Source: Raja brachyura (taxonomy: Eukaryota). Taken from it: 64,000 bases of DNA. Under the pieces are notes generated by a model. The model was given only the letters and a program-made list of their open reading frames with translations. It made no database searches and was not told the DNA's origin. How positions within the stretch are numbered: position 1 is the stretch's first letter; every line of letters begins with the position of its first letter. The DNA lies in contig OY740783.1 in NCBI GenBank assembly GCA_963514005.1, positions 5,332,001-5,396,000 on the forward strand, written 5' to 3'. Below are positions 37,716 through 50,808 of the stretch, in pieces. The position numbers and the translations under genes are program-made.

Positions 37716-38019
37716 TCTCTCGCACAGTAATAGACAGCGGTGTCTTCGATCCTCAGGTCCCTGGCGGTCACGCTGAACATATTATTCGAATTGTCTTTGG
37801 ACGGAGTAAATCGGCTCTCTATCCCCGGAGCGAAGGACTTGTCAGTAGGACTGTAGTAGTAAATCAGCCACTCCAGCCCCTGCCCGGGGACCTGACGGAC
37901 CAAATACATATTGGTGCTGCTAACACTGAACCCGCTGCCTTTACATTCCAGTGTGATGGAGCCTCCAGGACGGGCCGTCGCTGTCTTGGGCTGAGTTAGA
38001 ACGACATCGGAATGGACAC
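37716..38019 (-). CDS. IGHV: Germline VH segment (L2 + V exon)
   Basis: Acceptor ttgcag| is followed by VHS-DVVLTQPKTATARPGGSITLECKGSGFSVSSTNMYLVRQVPGQGLEWLIYYYSPTDKSFAPGIESRFTPSKDNSNNMFSVTARDLRIEDTAVYYCAR. Both canonical Cys, GLEW and DTAVYYCAR are present, there are no stops, and an RSS follows directly. Confidence 0.97.
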
Positions 38020-38181
38020 CTGCAAGTTATAAAAGGCATGAATGGTGAGGATAAAATACTGACCATTAATCCCCGACACTAATTATCAAGAGGAAAGACA
38101 TTGGGAGGGTTGAAGGTGAATGGCATTGGGGATCTACCACTGAGAAACCTGCGTGAGGATTTTGTCCAACTCGTTACTCAC

Positions 38182-38227
38182 GGACTATTAACGCCAGGAA
38201 CAGACTCAGTGAAACCGCCGACCTCAT
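38182..38227 (-). CDS. IGHV: Ig heavy-chain leader exon (L1) of the IgM cluster
   Basis: Minus strand ATG AGG TCG GCG GTT TCA CTG AGT CTG TTC CTG GCG TTA ATA GTC C|GTGAGT encodes MRSAVSLSLFLALIV, a hydrophobic signal peptide. The phase-1 donor splices across a 162-nt intron to the V exon, giving ...LIVRVHS/DVVLTQ. Confidence 0.92.
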
Positions 38228-38320
38228 CCCGCTGGGAAGTGTGACCCGGTTTGTTTCTGTACAGAACCTCGCAACAAACCCACTGCAAGGAAGATGGATT
38301 TCGGACCCTCTTGGAGAGAA

Positions 38321-38360
38321 TTAAATACCCGGCAAAAGAGGGCGTGGCTGTGGGCGGGGC
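38321..38360 (-). promoter_or_regulatory. Putative VH core promoter (TATTTAA box and GC box)
   Basis: TATTTAA on the minus strand ~95 nt upstream of the leader ATG, and GGGCGGGG at ~38352. There is no octamer in the proximal promoter. Confidence 0.5.
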
Positions 38361-38407
38361 CTGTAAACCGAGTGGTGCAACGGGCGGAGCTGAGACACGG
38401 CTCCCAG

Positions 38408-39192
38408 AGAAACATAGAAACATAGGTGCAGGAGTAGGCCATTCGGCCCTTCGAGCCTGCACCACCATTCAATATGATCATGGCTGATCATCCAACTCAG
38501 TATCCTGTACCTGCCTTCTCTCCATACCCCCTGATCCCTCTAGCCACAAGGGCCACATCTAACTCCCTCTTAAATATAGCCAATGAACTGGCCTCAACTA
38601 CCTTCTGTGGCAGAGAATTCCACAGACTCACCACTCTGTGAAAAATGTTTTTCTCATCTCGGTCCTAAAACAATTCCCCCTTATCCTTAAACTGTGACCC
38701 CTTGTTCTGGACTTCCCAAACATCGGGAACAATCTTCCTGCATCTAGCCTGTCCAACCCCTTGAGAATGTTGTAAGTTTCTATAAGATCCCCCCTCAATC
38801 TTCTAAATTCTTATAGAAACTTACAAAATTCTCAAGGGGTTGGACAGGCTAGATGCAGGAAGATTGTTTCCGATGTTGGGGAAGTCCAGAACAAGGGGTC
38901 ACAGTTTAAGGATAAGGGGGAAATATTTTAGGACCGAGATGAGAAAAACATTTTCACACAGAGAGTGGTGGGTCTCTGGAATTATCTGCCACAGAAGGTA
39001 GTTGAGGCCAGTTCATTGGCTATATTTAAGAGGGAGTTAGATGTTGCCCTTGTGGCTAGAGGGATCAGGTGGTATGGAGAGAAGGCAGGTATGGGATACT
39101 GAGTTGGATGATCAGCCATGATCACATTGAATGGTGGTGCAGGCTCGAAGAACCGAATGGCCTTCTCCTGCACCTATTTTCTATGTTTCTAT
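38408..39192. mobile_element. Head-to-head inverted pair of CR1 3' ends
   Basis: 38408-38790 (minus) is the reverse complement of 38810-39192 (plus); both tails point outward. Confidence 0.88.
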
Positions 39193-41127
39193 GCAATGAA
39201 ATGGGCTCAAGAAACGACCATGCGTCGCAAGACCTATATGGAGTCCACTGGGAAAAAATAAATGTTTCATCAGAGATAGCTACTTGAGGTAACGGAGGTT
39301 GAAACCTTCCCATGTGATTCAGCGCGGTCTAATTTAAAACAGACCGACAAGGCAACAGTTCGGGAGATTATGTTTCATTGCACCGCTGTATTCAGTGGTT
39401 TCAAAATGCCAGGATGCAAAAGCACAGCCTATGCATTGACAGTTGACCACATTAATTGAAGGATGAAAACCATAGATTCAGGCTGAACAAAATGGAAATA
39501 AAATGACAAGAGATGTGAGTGTGTGAGCAATATTTGAGGTAGACAGACAGACGGACGGACAGACCGACACAGACCGACACAGACAGACACAGACCGACAC
39601 ANNNNNNNNNNNNNNNNNNNNNNNNNNNNNNNNNNNNNNNNNNNNNNNNNNNNNNNNNNNNNNNNNNNNNNNNNNNNNNNNNNNNNNNNNNNNNNNNNNN
39701 NNNNNNNNNNNNNNNNNNNNNNNNNNNNNNNNNNNNNNNNNNNNNNNNNNNNNTCAAAGGTAGACACAGAATGCTAGTGACATAGAAACATATAACACAG
39801 AGAGTGGTGAGTCTCTGGAATTCTCTGCCACAGAAGGTAGTTGAGGCCAGTTCATTGGCTATATTTAAGAGGGCGTTAGATGTGGCACTTGTGGCTAAAG
39901 GGATCAGGGGGTATGGAGAGAAGGCAGGTACGGGATACTGAGTTGGATGATCAGCCATGATCACATTGAATGGCGGTGCAGGCTCGAAGGGCCGAATGGC
40001 CTACTCCTGCACCTATTTTCTATGTTTCTATGTTTCTATAAAATAGGTGCAGGAGGAGGCCACTCGGCCCTTTGAGCCAGCACCGCCATTCATTGTGATC
40101 ATGGCTGATCGTCCCCTATCAATAACCCGTGCCTGCCTTCTCCCCATATCCCTTGACTCCACTAGTCCCTAGAGCTCTATCTAACTCTCTCTTAAATCCA
40201 TCCAGTGACTTGGCCTCCACTGCCCTCTGTGGCAGGGAATTCCATAAATTCACAACTCTCTGGGTGAAAACGTTTTTTTCTCCCCTTTATTCGAAGACAT
40301 TTATTCCCCTTTATTCTGACATTTCTGGTCGAGACCCTTCTTCAGACTTCTCCAGAGATACAGTCTGTCACCGTTGAGTTACTCCAGCATTTTGTGTCTC
40401 CCTTCGATTAAAACCAGCACCTGCAGTTCCTTCCTACACATTCGTTGTCAATATCGAATCATATTGGGACTGTCCATTCCAATTTCGAGTTTAGTTACAG
40501 AAAAGGCAGTAGGGAGAAATGATAATAATGCAAACACAACGTTATATTAAAATGTCATCAAGAGTTCCAAAGGAAATTAATGGATGTTACGGGTGCAGGA
40601 GTGGAATTGTAGATCTGTCGAGTGATTGGAGAAATTATCGGCATTAGGGATGATTCCTGTGGTGTTGATATTCCATAGAGCAAAGTTGAATGAAGACAAG
40701 TTCCAAACAATGAATCAATTAACACATTTGTTGGACAGTGTTACAATGATCCAGACTGCACTGGCTGGGCGAATGGTGTCTAATTGAGATATCTGAAGAA
40801 GAATCCACTAGTGTTATCTGAGGAGAGAGATAGAAATAGTCATTAACCGATGCGTGAGGAAAACACAAGGAATGTGGAACATTTAAGGTGCAGACAGGCA
40901 AATCAATGTTCCTGCGTTCCAACATACTATTCTTCCACGACTTTGAATTGGAATTAATCATTGTATTTTCTGTGCATCTGTGAATTTGTTACGTGTGGCA
41001 TTCAAATGTATGCAGAGAATGGAATTGATCCCAGCCATTGTTGGAAAATATGATACATGTTCTTAGTTAACCTAGCTTTGTAGGGAATATTGCGTTAAAG
41101 AAGGAACTGCAGATGCTGGAGAATCGA

Positions 41128-41278
41128 GGGTACACAAAAGGCTGGAGAAACTCAGCGGGTGCAGCAGCATCTAAGGAGTGAAGGAGATAGGCGACGTTTC
41201 GGCCCGAAACGTCGCCTATCTCCTTCGCTCCTTAGATGCTGCTGCACCCGCTGAGTTTCTCCAGCCTTTTGTGTACCT
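41128..41278. repeat. Near-perfect palindrome of two Penelope-derived 3' repeats
   Basis: ...gataggcgacgtttcgg c ccgaaacgtcgcctatc..., with arms of ~72 bp. Confidence 0.9.
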
Positions 41279-41779
41279 TTGTTGGGAATATTATTGACTA
41301 CCATCATCCATATGAACTTCAACTTTGTTTATTTTTTATACGAGTGAACGTTGACAACTTAAACTAAATTTCTCTGAAGTAGTCAGTTGGGAGATTTGCA
41401 TTTCTTTCTCACTTTATCAGTTTTGCACCTCTCGGGAAACATTGACTCCATTTCTGTCCTTCAGTAAACGAACTTAGGTCTGGGGCTGTTGAAATCAGCG
41501 TTTATTTAAATCAGCTCATCTCTGTTTCCAGCCACTTTTAGAGCAACACAAACCAGGCAATGAAGACACCATTCTCAACGGCGATGATATGTTTTAAGGA
41601 TATTGGCAGTTGGCGCGAATCAACTGAACTCTCTGAAGGAGTCCATTTCTTCATTTCTCGTTCAAATAAATTGATGGGATTGAAAATTATGGATTCACTT
41701 CAGAATATTATTTTGCTGCCCACTTGAATCTCCACTTGCAGGGATGTTTGAGCAAATGAGGTCAATAGAGGAATCACAA

Positions 41780-44700
41780 AGCGGATGACACAAAGTTGGG
41801 TGGCAGAGTGAACTGTGAAGAGGATGTTAGGAGGTTACAGGGCGACCTGGACAGGTCGAGTGAGTGGGCAGATGCGTGGCAGATGCAGTACAATATAGAT
41901 ACATGTGAGGTTATTCACTTTGGTGGCAAAAACAAGGGGGCAGATTATTATCTCAATGAGGTTAGGTTAGGTAAGGGGGAGGTACAGAGAGACCTGGGTA
42001 TCCTTGTACACCAGTCACTGAAAGTTGGCGTGCAGGTACAGCAGGCAGTGAAGAAAGCTAATGGAATGTTGGCCTTCATAACAAGAGGATTTCAGTGCAG
42101 GAGTAAAGAGGTTCTTCTGCAGTTGTATAGGGCTCTGATATGAGCACATCTGGAGTATTATGTACAGTTTTGGTCTCCTAATTTGAGGAAGGACATCCTT
42201 GTGATTGAGGCAGTGCAACGTAGGTTCACGAGATTGAAACTTTTTCACCCGGAGAGTTGTAGAATTTGTAGAATTCCCTGCTACAGAGGGCAGTGGAGAC
42301 CAAATCACTGGATGGATTTAAGAGAGAGATAGAGCTCTAGGGGCTAGAAGGAGTCAAGGGATATGGGGAGAAGGCAGGCACGGGTTATTGATTGGGGACA
42401 ATCAGCCATGATCACAATGAATGGCGGTGCTGGATCGAAGGGCCGAATGGCCTCCTCCTGCACCTATTTTCTACATTTCTAACTTTCTATGTTTGTAGGC
42501 ATCAAGACACACACACGCAGAAGTAAGAATTTAATTGTACTTATGAAAATTATACATTCTTGATACTTGAAGCGTCATAGGTGAGAAACATATCCTGTTC
42601 CTGCTTTTTCCAATATCCCACGATTCCTTTAGTCCTAAGAGCTAAACCTAACTCTCTCTTGAAAAGATCCAGTGAATTGGTCTCCGATGCCTTCAGTGGC
42701 AGAAAATTCCACAGATTCACAACTCTCTGAGTGAATTTTTTTATCCTCATCTCAGTCCTACATGGCCTATCCCTTATTCTTAAACTGTGACCCTGGTTCT
42801 GGTCTCCCCCAATGGCGGGAACATTTTCCCTGCATCCAGCCTCTCAGTCCTGCCATGCCGGGAATAAACCTGGTGAAATTAATGGATGTTATGATCCACT
42901 GCACTACCTCAATAGCAATAATGTCCTTCCTCAAATTACGAGACCAAAATTGCACACTATATTACAAGTGCGCTATCACCAGGGGCTGTACAACTGCCAG
43001 TAGGACCTCCTTACTCCTAAACTCAAATCCTCTTGCAATGAAGGACAACATGCCATTAAGTTTTTCTTCTTCCAGCCCCCCCCCCACCCCCCGCCTTCAC
43101 ATCAGCCTGAAGAAGGGTTTCGACCTGAAACGTTGCCCATTTCCTTTGCTCCATAGATGCTGCCTCACCCACTGAGTTTCTCCAGCATTTTTGTCATTAG
43201 ATTTCTTCACTGCCTGCTGTACCTGCATGCTTACTTTCAGTGACTGAAGCACACCCAGGTCTCACTCAACCTCCCCTTTTCCAAATCTGACACCATTCGG
43301 ATAATAAACTGCCTTCCTGTTCTTGCCACCAATGTGGATAACCTCACATGTATCCACATTATATTGCCACCTTGCAGCCTCATAGCATCCTCATCGCAGA
43401 TCACACTGCCACCCAGCTTTGTGTCATCCGTAAACCTATCTTGGAAATGTCACATTTAATTCCCTCATCTAAATCGTTAATATATATTGTAAATAACTGG
43501 GGTCCCAGCACCGAGCCTTGCTGCATCCCATTAGTCACTGCCTGCCATCCCGAAAAGGACCAGTTAATTCCTATTCTTTGCTTCCTGTGTGCCAACCAGT
43601 TCTATATCCATGTCAGTACCCTACCCCCAATACCATGTGATATAATTTTGCCCACCAATCTCTTGTGTGAGACCATGTCAAAGGCTTTTTGAAAGTCCAG
43701 ACACACCACATTCACTGGCTCTCCCTTATCCATTCTACTGGTTACATCCTCAAAAAATTCCAGAAGATTAGTTAAGAATGATATCCCCTTCATAAATCCA
43801 TGCTGACTTTGACCAATCCTGTCACTGCTTTCCAAATGGGCCGCAATAACATCATTAATAGTCGACTCAAGCATCTTACCCACGACCGATGTAAGGCTAA
43901 CTGGTCTATAATTTCCTGTCATCTCTATCCCTCCTTTCTTAAAAAGTAGAGGTACATTGGCTACCCTCCAGGACACAGGAACGTATCCAGAGTTGGGAGA
44001 ACATTAGAAACAGAAACACAGAAAAAAAAGGAGGAGGCCATTCGGCCCTTCGAGCCATTGTGATTATGTCTGATCGTCCCCTATCAATAACCCGTGCTTG
44101 CCTTCTCCCCATATCCCTTGACTCCACTAGTCCATAGAACTCTATCTAACTCTCTCTTAAATCCATCCAGTGACTTGGCCTCCATTGCCCTCTGTGGCAG
44201 GGAATTCCATAAATTCACAACTATCTGGGTGAAATAAATTTTTCTCACCTCAGTCTTAAATGACCTCCCCTTTATTCTAAGGCTGTGGCCCCTGGTTCTG
44301 GACTCGCCCAACATTGGGAACATTTTTCCTGCATCTAGCTTGTCCAGTCCTTTTATAATTTTATGTTTCTATAAGACACTCCCTCATCCTTCTAAACTCC
44401 AGTAACTACAAGCCTAGTCTTTTCAGGGATTTGAGTATAGGAGCAGGGAGGTTCTACTTCAGTTGTATAGGCTCTTGGTTAGACCACACCTGGAGTATTG
44501 TGTACAGTTCTGGTCTCCAAATCTGAGGAAGGACATTATTGCCATAGAGGGAGTGCAGAGAAGGTTCACCAGACTGATTCCTGGGATGTCAGGACTATCT
44601 TATGAACAAAGACTGCATAGACTCGGTTTATACTCTCTAGAATGTAGGAGATTGAGAGGCGATCTTATAGAAACTTACAACATTCTTAAGGGGTTGGATA

Positions 44701-46130
44701 GGCTAGATGCAGGAAGATTGTTCCCGATGTTGGAGAGGTCCAGGACAAGGGGTCACAGCTTAAGGATAAGGGGGAAGTCCTTTAGGACCAAGATGAGAAG
44801 GACTTTTTTCGCACAGAGAGTGGTGAGTCTCTGGAACTCTCTGCCACAGAGGGCAGTTGAGGCTAGTTCATTGGCTATATTTAAGAGGGAGTTAGATGTG
44901 GCCCATGTGGCTAAGGGGATCAGATGGTATAGAGAGAAGGCAGGTACGGGATGCTGAGTTGGATGATCAGCCATGATCATATTGAATGGCGGTGCAGGCT
45001 CGAAGGGCCGAATGGCCTACTCCTGCACCTAATTTCTATGTTTCTATGTTTCTATGTTTCTACCTCTTTCTTGAAAGTATCCAGCGAACCTGCCTCCACC
45101 GCCCGCCAGAGAATTCCGACTCTGTGTGAAAAATTGTTTCCTCGTCTCCATTCTAAATGGCTTACCCCTTATTCTTAAACTGTGGCCCCTGGTTCTGGAC
45201 TCCCCCAACATCGGAAACACGTTTCCTGCCTCCAGTGTGTCCAAGTCCTTAATAATCTTATATGTTTCAATAAGATATCCTCTCATCCTTCTAAACTCCA
45301 GAGTATACAAGCATATGACAGTCCCGCCATCCCGGGAATTAACCTTGTAAACCTACGCTGCACTCCCGCAATAGCAAGAATGTCCTTCCCCAAATTAGGG
45401 GATCAAAACTGCAAAAAATATTCCAGGTGTGGTCTCACTGGGGCCCTATACAACTGCAGAAGGACCTCTTTGCTCTTGTACTCAACTCATCTTGTTATGA
45501 AGGCCAACATGCCATTCGTTTTCTTCACTGCCTACTGTACCTGAATGCTGATTTTCATTGACGTGAACAAGGACCCCAGATCCCGTTGTACTTCCCCTTT
45601 TCCCAAATTGACACCATTTAGATAATAATCTGCCTCCCTGTTTTTGTTACCCAAGTGGATAACCTCACATTTATCCACATTAAACTTCATCGGCCATGCA
45701 TCTGCCCACTCCCCCAACCTGTCCAAGTTACCCAAGTCATAGCATCCTCCTCACAGTTCACACTGCCACCCAGCTTTGTGTCATCTGCAAATTTGCTAAT
45801 GTTACTTTGAATCCCTTCATCCAAATCATTGATGTATATTGTAAATAGCTGCGGTCCCAGCACCGAACCTTGCGGTACCCCACTAGTCACTGCCTGCCAT
45901 TCTGAAAGGAACCCGTTAATCCCTACTCATTGTTTCCTGTCTGCCAACCAATTTTCTATCCATATCAGCACTCTACCCCCAATACCATGTGCCCTAATTT
46001 TGCCCACTATTCTCCTATGTGGGACCTTATCAAATGTTTTCTGAATGTCCAACTACACTACATCCACTGGCTCTCCCTTGTCCATTTTCCTAGTTACATC
46101 CTCAAAAAATTCCAGAAGATTAGTCGAGCA
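41780..46130. mobile_element. Cluster of CR1 LINE fragments in both orientations
   Basis: Repeated RT and 3' ORFs (41796-42143, 43602-43976, 44463-44957, 45687-45890) and several tails. Confidence 0.85.
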
Positions 46131-46139
46131 TGATTAGTC

Positions 46140-49100
46140 ATACCATTAGTCATACCAAAATACAAAACTGCGATCAAGCATAATTTCACAAACTTCAGGC
46201 CTGTTTCTTTACTCCCTCAATTCTCTAAAATACTAGAAAAAATGTTCAACAATAGACTAGACATATTTGTAGAAAAGCATAAACTAATCACTGAAAGTCA
46301 ATATGGATTCAGATCAAACAGATCAACATCACTTGCAATAATAGAATCAATTGAAGATATCACAAACGCTGTTGACAATAAACTATATGCAGCTGGGATA
46401 TTTGTTGATATAAAGAAAGCATTTGATACGATCAATCATGATATCATATTTAAAAAATTAGAAAGGTATGGCATCAGAGGTCTCGTACTGGATTGGATAA
46501 AAGGCTATTTAAGTAACAGGCAACAGTTTGTGAAGCTGGGCAGCTCATTAAACTTGAGCAAAACCAAAATAATGTTATTTGGTAATTGCAGAACAAATAC
46601 ACAAGCGAATATAAAGATAAATGGGGTTGAAATTGAACGAGTTCATGAAAATAAATTTCTTGGGGTTATAATGGATGATAGAATCAGCTGGAAATCACAC
46701 ATGTACAATCCAAACTGTCAAAAAGCATTTCTGTATTACTCAAAGTTAAGCAGGTTCTGGATCACAAATCACTCCGCATTCTCTACTGTTCACTAATCTT
46801 ACCCTACTTAAATTACCGTGCAGAAGTCTGGGGCAATAACTATAAAAGTTCGCTACATTCATTAACTATTCTGCAAAAAAGAGCAATACGCATTATTCAC
46901 AATGTCAGGTATCTGGATCACACTAATTCATTATTCTTACAGTCAGAATTATTAAAATCAGCAGATTTGGTTGCATTTGAAACAGCACAGATAATGTTTC
47001 GGGCCAAAAATAAAAACTTACCTGGAAATATACAAAAATTATTCAATGAGCGAGTGGGGGGTTATAATTTAAGAAGAATATTTAATTTTAAGGTACAAAG
47101 AGTCCTTGCAACAATATCCACTAAAAATAGTTACGGACAAATTTAAATATTTAGGTATTAATGTATCTAAATCCTATAACTCATTAATTAAATCTTAACT
47201 ATCCCCAATTGTTAGATAAACTTAGAAAAAATATTTTATATTGGAAAACACTTCCTATATCTATGATTGGTAGAATAAATGCTATAAAAATGATTTATTT
47301 ACCACAACTGTTATATTTGTTTCAAGCTATCCCCTTTTATCTCCCGAAATTTTTTTTTTTTTAAATCGATAACATAGTGAATAGTTTTATCTGGGACTAT
47401 AAAAATCATAGAATAAGTAAAAAACATTTATGTAAATCCAAAATAAATGGAGGATTAGCACTTCCAAATTTTTTGTACAATTTTTGGGCAGTTCAGATTA
47501 AAAATATGAATTTTTGGTGGGTAAATTTGGATCATGAACCAATGTGGTTAAAGATGGAAAAGGAAGATTGTTTACCTTTTAATGTAGGTTCAATTCTTTT
47601 TGCGCCAAGAGAAGTTAAAAAAAAAATTTATAGGGACAACCCTATAATTCATAGTAATAGACGTATTTGGAAACAAATAGTTAAGACTTTACATTTAGAT
47701 AATTTGTCACTTAACCTACCGATTATGAATAATCCTTTATTTAAACCCTCTATATTAGATAGGGGGTTTAGACATTGGGAAGATTTAGGAATTAAAAAGA
47801 TAGAACACCTGTACAGAAAGGGAAAATTTCTTTCATTTCAGGAGTTACAAGATATTTATGGATTACCATCACATAATTTGTTCAGGTATTTACAAATTAG
47901 AGATTATATTAAGTCTAACACAAAAAATTATAAAAATAAAGAACCAGGATTATTAGATGAATTGTTTAATAAACACCCAAACACAGAAAAATTAATAGCT
48001 TATATATATAATATTATTTTGGATAGTGATAACCCAACAACAGAAATATATCGTCAAGCATGGGAAAATGAAATTGGTTTATCTATAACGAAAGAAACTT
48101 GGGAAGAAAGTTTACAATGTATACATCGTTGTTCGTTAAATGCTAGGCATACATTGATACAATTTAAAGTATTATATAGATTACATTATTCAAAAACATA
48201 GAAACATAGAAACATAGAAATTAGGTGCAGGAATAGGCCATTCGGCCCTTCGAGCCTGCACCGCCATTCAATATGATCATGGCTGATCATCCAACTCAGT
48301 ATCCCGTACCTGCCTTCTCTCCATACCCTCTGATCCCCTTAGCCACAAGGGCCACATCTAACTCCCTCTTAAATATATCCAATGAACTGGCCTCAACTAC
48401 CCTCTGTGGCAGAGAATTCCAGAGACCCACCACTCTCTGTGTGAAAACCAAATTAAATAGAATTTTTCCTAACGTTTCTCCTATTTGTGATAAATGTCAG
48501 AATTTAGAGGCCAATTTAACACATAGTTTCGTAATGTGTTCAAAACTTAGTTATTATTGGACAGAAATCTTTAGAGTTATATCTGAAGTTCTTAGAGTTA
48601 AACTGGATCCAGATCCAAAGTTAATAATATTAGGAATTCCAGACTCAAAATTGGTATTAACAGTAAATCAAAGACATTTTTTTGATTACTGTTTGATAAT
48701 AGGGAAAAAAATAATATTGAAATTTTGGAAGGGAACATTAACCCCCATAATTAAAATGTGGACAGCAGAGATGTTGGAGACATTGTATTTGGAAAGAATT
48801 AGATTTGTCCTAATGGACAAATGTGAAATTTTTGAACAAATATGGTCTCCATATATACAATATTTGAAGGGATAGCTGTTCTTGGCATCGCAACTCAATG
48901 GGTATTCGACAGGATTTGATGGAAAAAAAAACAACTTACTTTCAAACTGGGATTTGTATACATGTCTCTATAACAATATATTTTGTTGTTTTGTTTTTAA
49001 ATATATATATATATGATACCTTTTACTGTTTTTAAAGGGGAAATATATATATATTGAATAGATATATATTAATTAATGTGTTTTTTCTTTCTCTTTTTTT

Positions 49101-49520
49101 TCTCTCTCTTTCTCTTTAAATTTTTTTTCTCTTTTACATAATCAAAATTATTATTTAATCGCAACTTTTGTTGATTTAAAACCTATTCTTTTTTCTTTTT
49201 CTCTTTATTTCTAAAAAAACAGAAGATAACAATAGTCAATGTGATATTGGTACAATTACTGAATTAAGTTGGTATTTGTAAATTTGTTTTATCATTGTGA
49301 AATGTTTACTTCTAATAAAAATAATATTAAAAAAAAACAAACAAAAAAAAAAAAACAAAGAGTCCTCACGTCCAGAAAAACGTTTTGTATTTCAGTCTGT
49401 GGAGTGGGATTGTGGAACAGTTTGAATGTGGAGTTGAAGCAATGTCCAAACATGAACCAGTTGAAAATGACAGACAATAAACTTGTTTTCACAAGGTACA
49501 GGGATGAAGGGGATGGTTGA
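46140..49520 (+). mobile_element. L2-group (Crack/Daphne-like) LINE remnant hosting an L1 insertion
   Basis: FRPVSLLPQFSKILEK, QYGFRSNRST and DIKKAFDTINH motifs; the element resumes after 49366. Confidence 0.7.
47107..49354 (+). mobile_element. L1 LINE, 5' truncated, with poly(A) tail and 12-bp TSD; carries a CR1 insert (48195-48445)
   Basis: ORF2 C-terminus (GGLALPNF, CDKC...HSFVMC). TSD acaaagagtcct at 47095-47106 and 49355-49366. Confidence 0.9.
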
Positions 49521-50309
49521 CAAACAGGGGTTAATGCTTATTTATTTATTTTATTTATTATTTATTTATGTTTTTTGGTTATTTCATACATATTACTTGT
49601 ATGTGTTTATCAGTTGTATGCATATATATGTCTGTATGCATCTCTAAAAATAGTCTGGGGTACGTCTACGGTTAAATTGTATCTCAAATGAATAATTAAC
49701 TATTGTAGATTATATATTGTATATTATGTTACATATTACATTACTATTGATACATTATTATTATAAGCAATGTTATTAATAATGGTGACAATTATTATAA
49801 TTAATTAATTAATTATTAAATATGGAAGAAGGGTTTAGGGAGGAGGGGTGAGATTAAATAAGTTATTTTTCTTTTCACTCCTTTTCGAGCTTGTAAAGAA
49901 AAAGTGTTGGACATTTAAATTTTGCTTTATGCTTTTCATTGCTTTGCAAATATTGCCTGGCATGTCCAATTGTTTGACTATTTCGATTTTGTTGGTGTTA
50001 ATTATTCCTATTTATGTCTTTACTTGTTCGGAACAAATGAACAAATAAATAAACTATTTCCCCTTCGTAAACACATGCTGACTCAGACCAATCCTGTTAG
50101 TACTATTCAAATGTGCCGCTATTTCATCTTTTATAATTGACTCCAGCATCTTCCCCACCACCGGTGTCAGGCTAACTGGTCTATAATTCCCTGTTTTCTC
50201 TCTCCCGCCTGTGGGGGGGGGGGGCTCTCTGTTGAGCTAGTGTGGGTGTTGTGGGGAAAGGACTGGTTTCCAGAGGGCTAATGTGGACATGGTGGGCTGA
50301 ATGGATTCT

Positions 50310-50808
50310 TGGGCTGGCAGCTCAGTCACTTATGGCTGGTGGGCTGGCAGTTCACTTACTCACGGCTGGTGGGCTGGCAGTTCACTTACTCACGGCTGGT
50401 GGGCTGGCAGTGCAGTCACTTACGGCTCGTGGGCTAGCAGTTCACTTAGTCACAGCTGGTGGGCTGGCAGTTCACTTACTCATGGCTGGTGGGCTGGCAG
50501 TGCAGTCACTCACGGCTGGTGGGCTGCCAGTGCAGTCTCTCATGGCTGGTGGGCTGGCAGTGCAGCCACTGATGGCTGGTGGACTGGCAGTGCAGTCACT
50601 CACGGCTGGTGGACTGGCAGTGCAGTCACTCATGGCTGGTGGGCTGGCAGTGCAGTCATTTATGGATGATGGGCTGGTAGTTTACTTACTCACGACTCGT
50701 GGGCTGGCAGTTCAGTCACTGACGGCTGGTGGGCTGGCTGTGCAGTCACTGACAGCTGGTGGACTGGCAGTGCAGTCATTCACGCCTGGTACGCTGGCAG
50801 TTCACTCT
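50310..50808. repeat. 30-bp minisatellite, ~16.5 copies
   Basis: Unit gggctggcagtgcagtcactcacggctggt; GCTGGTGG spans most unit junctions. Confidence 0.95.
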
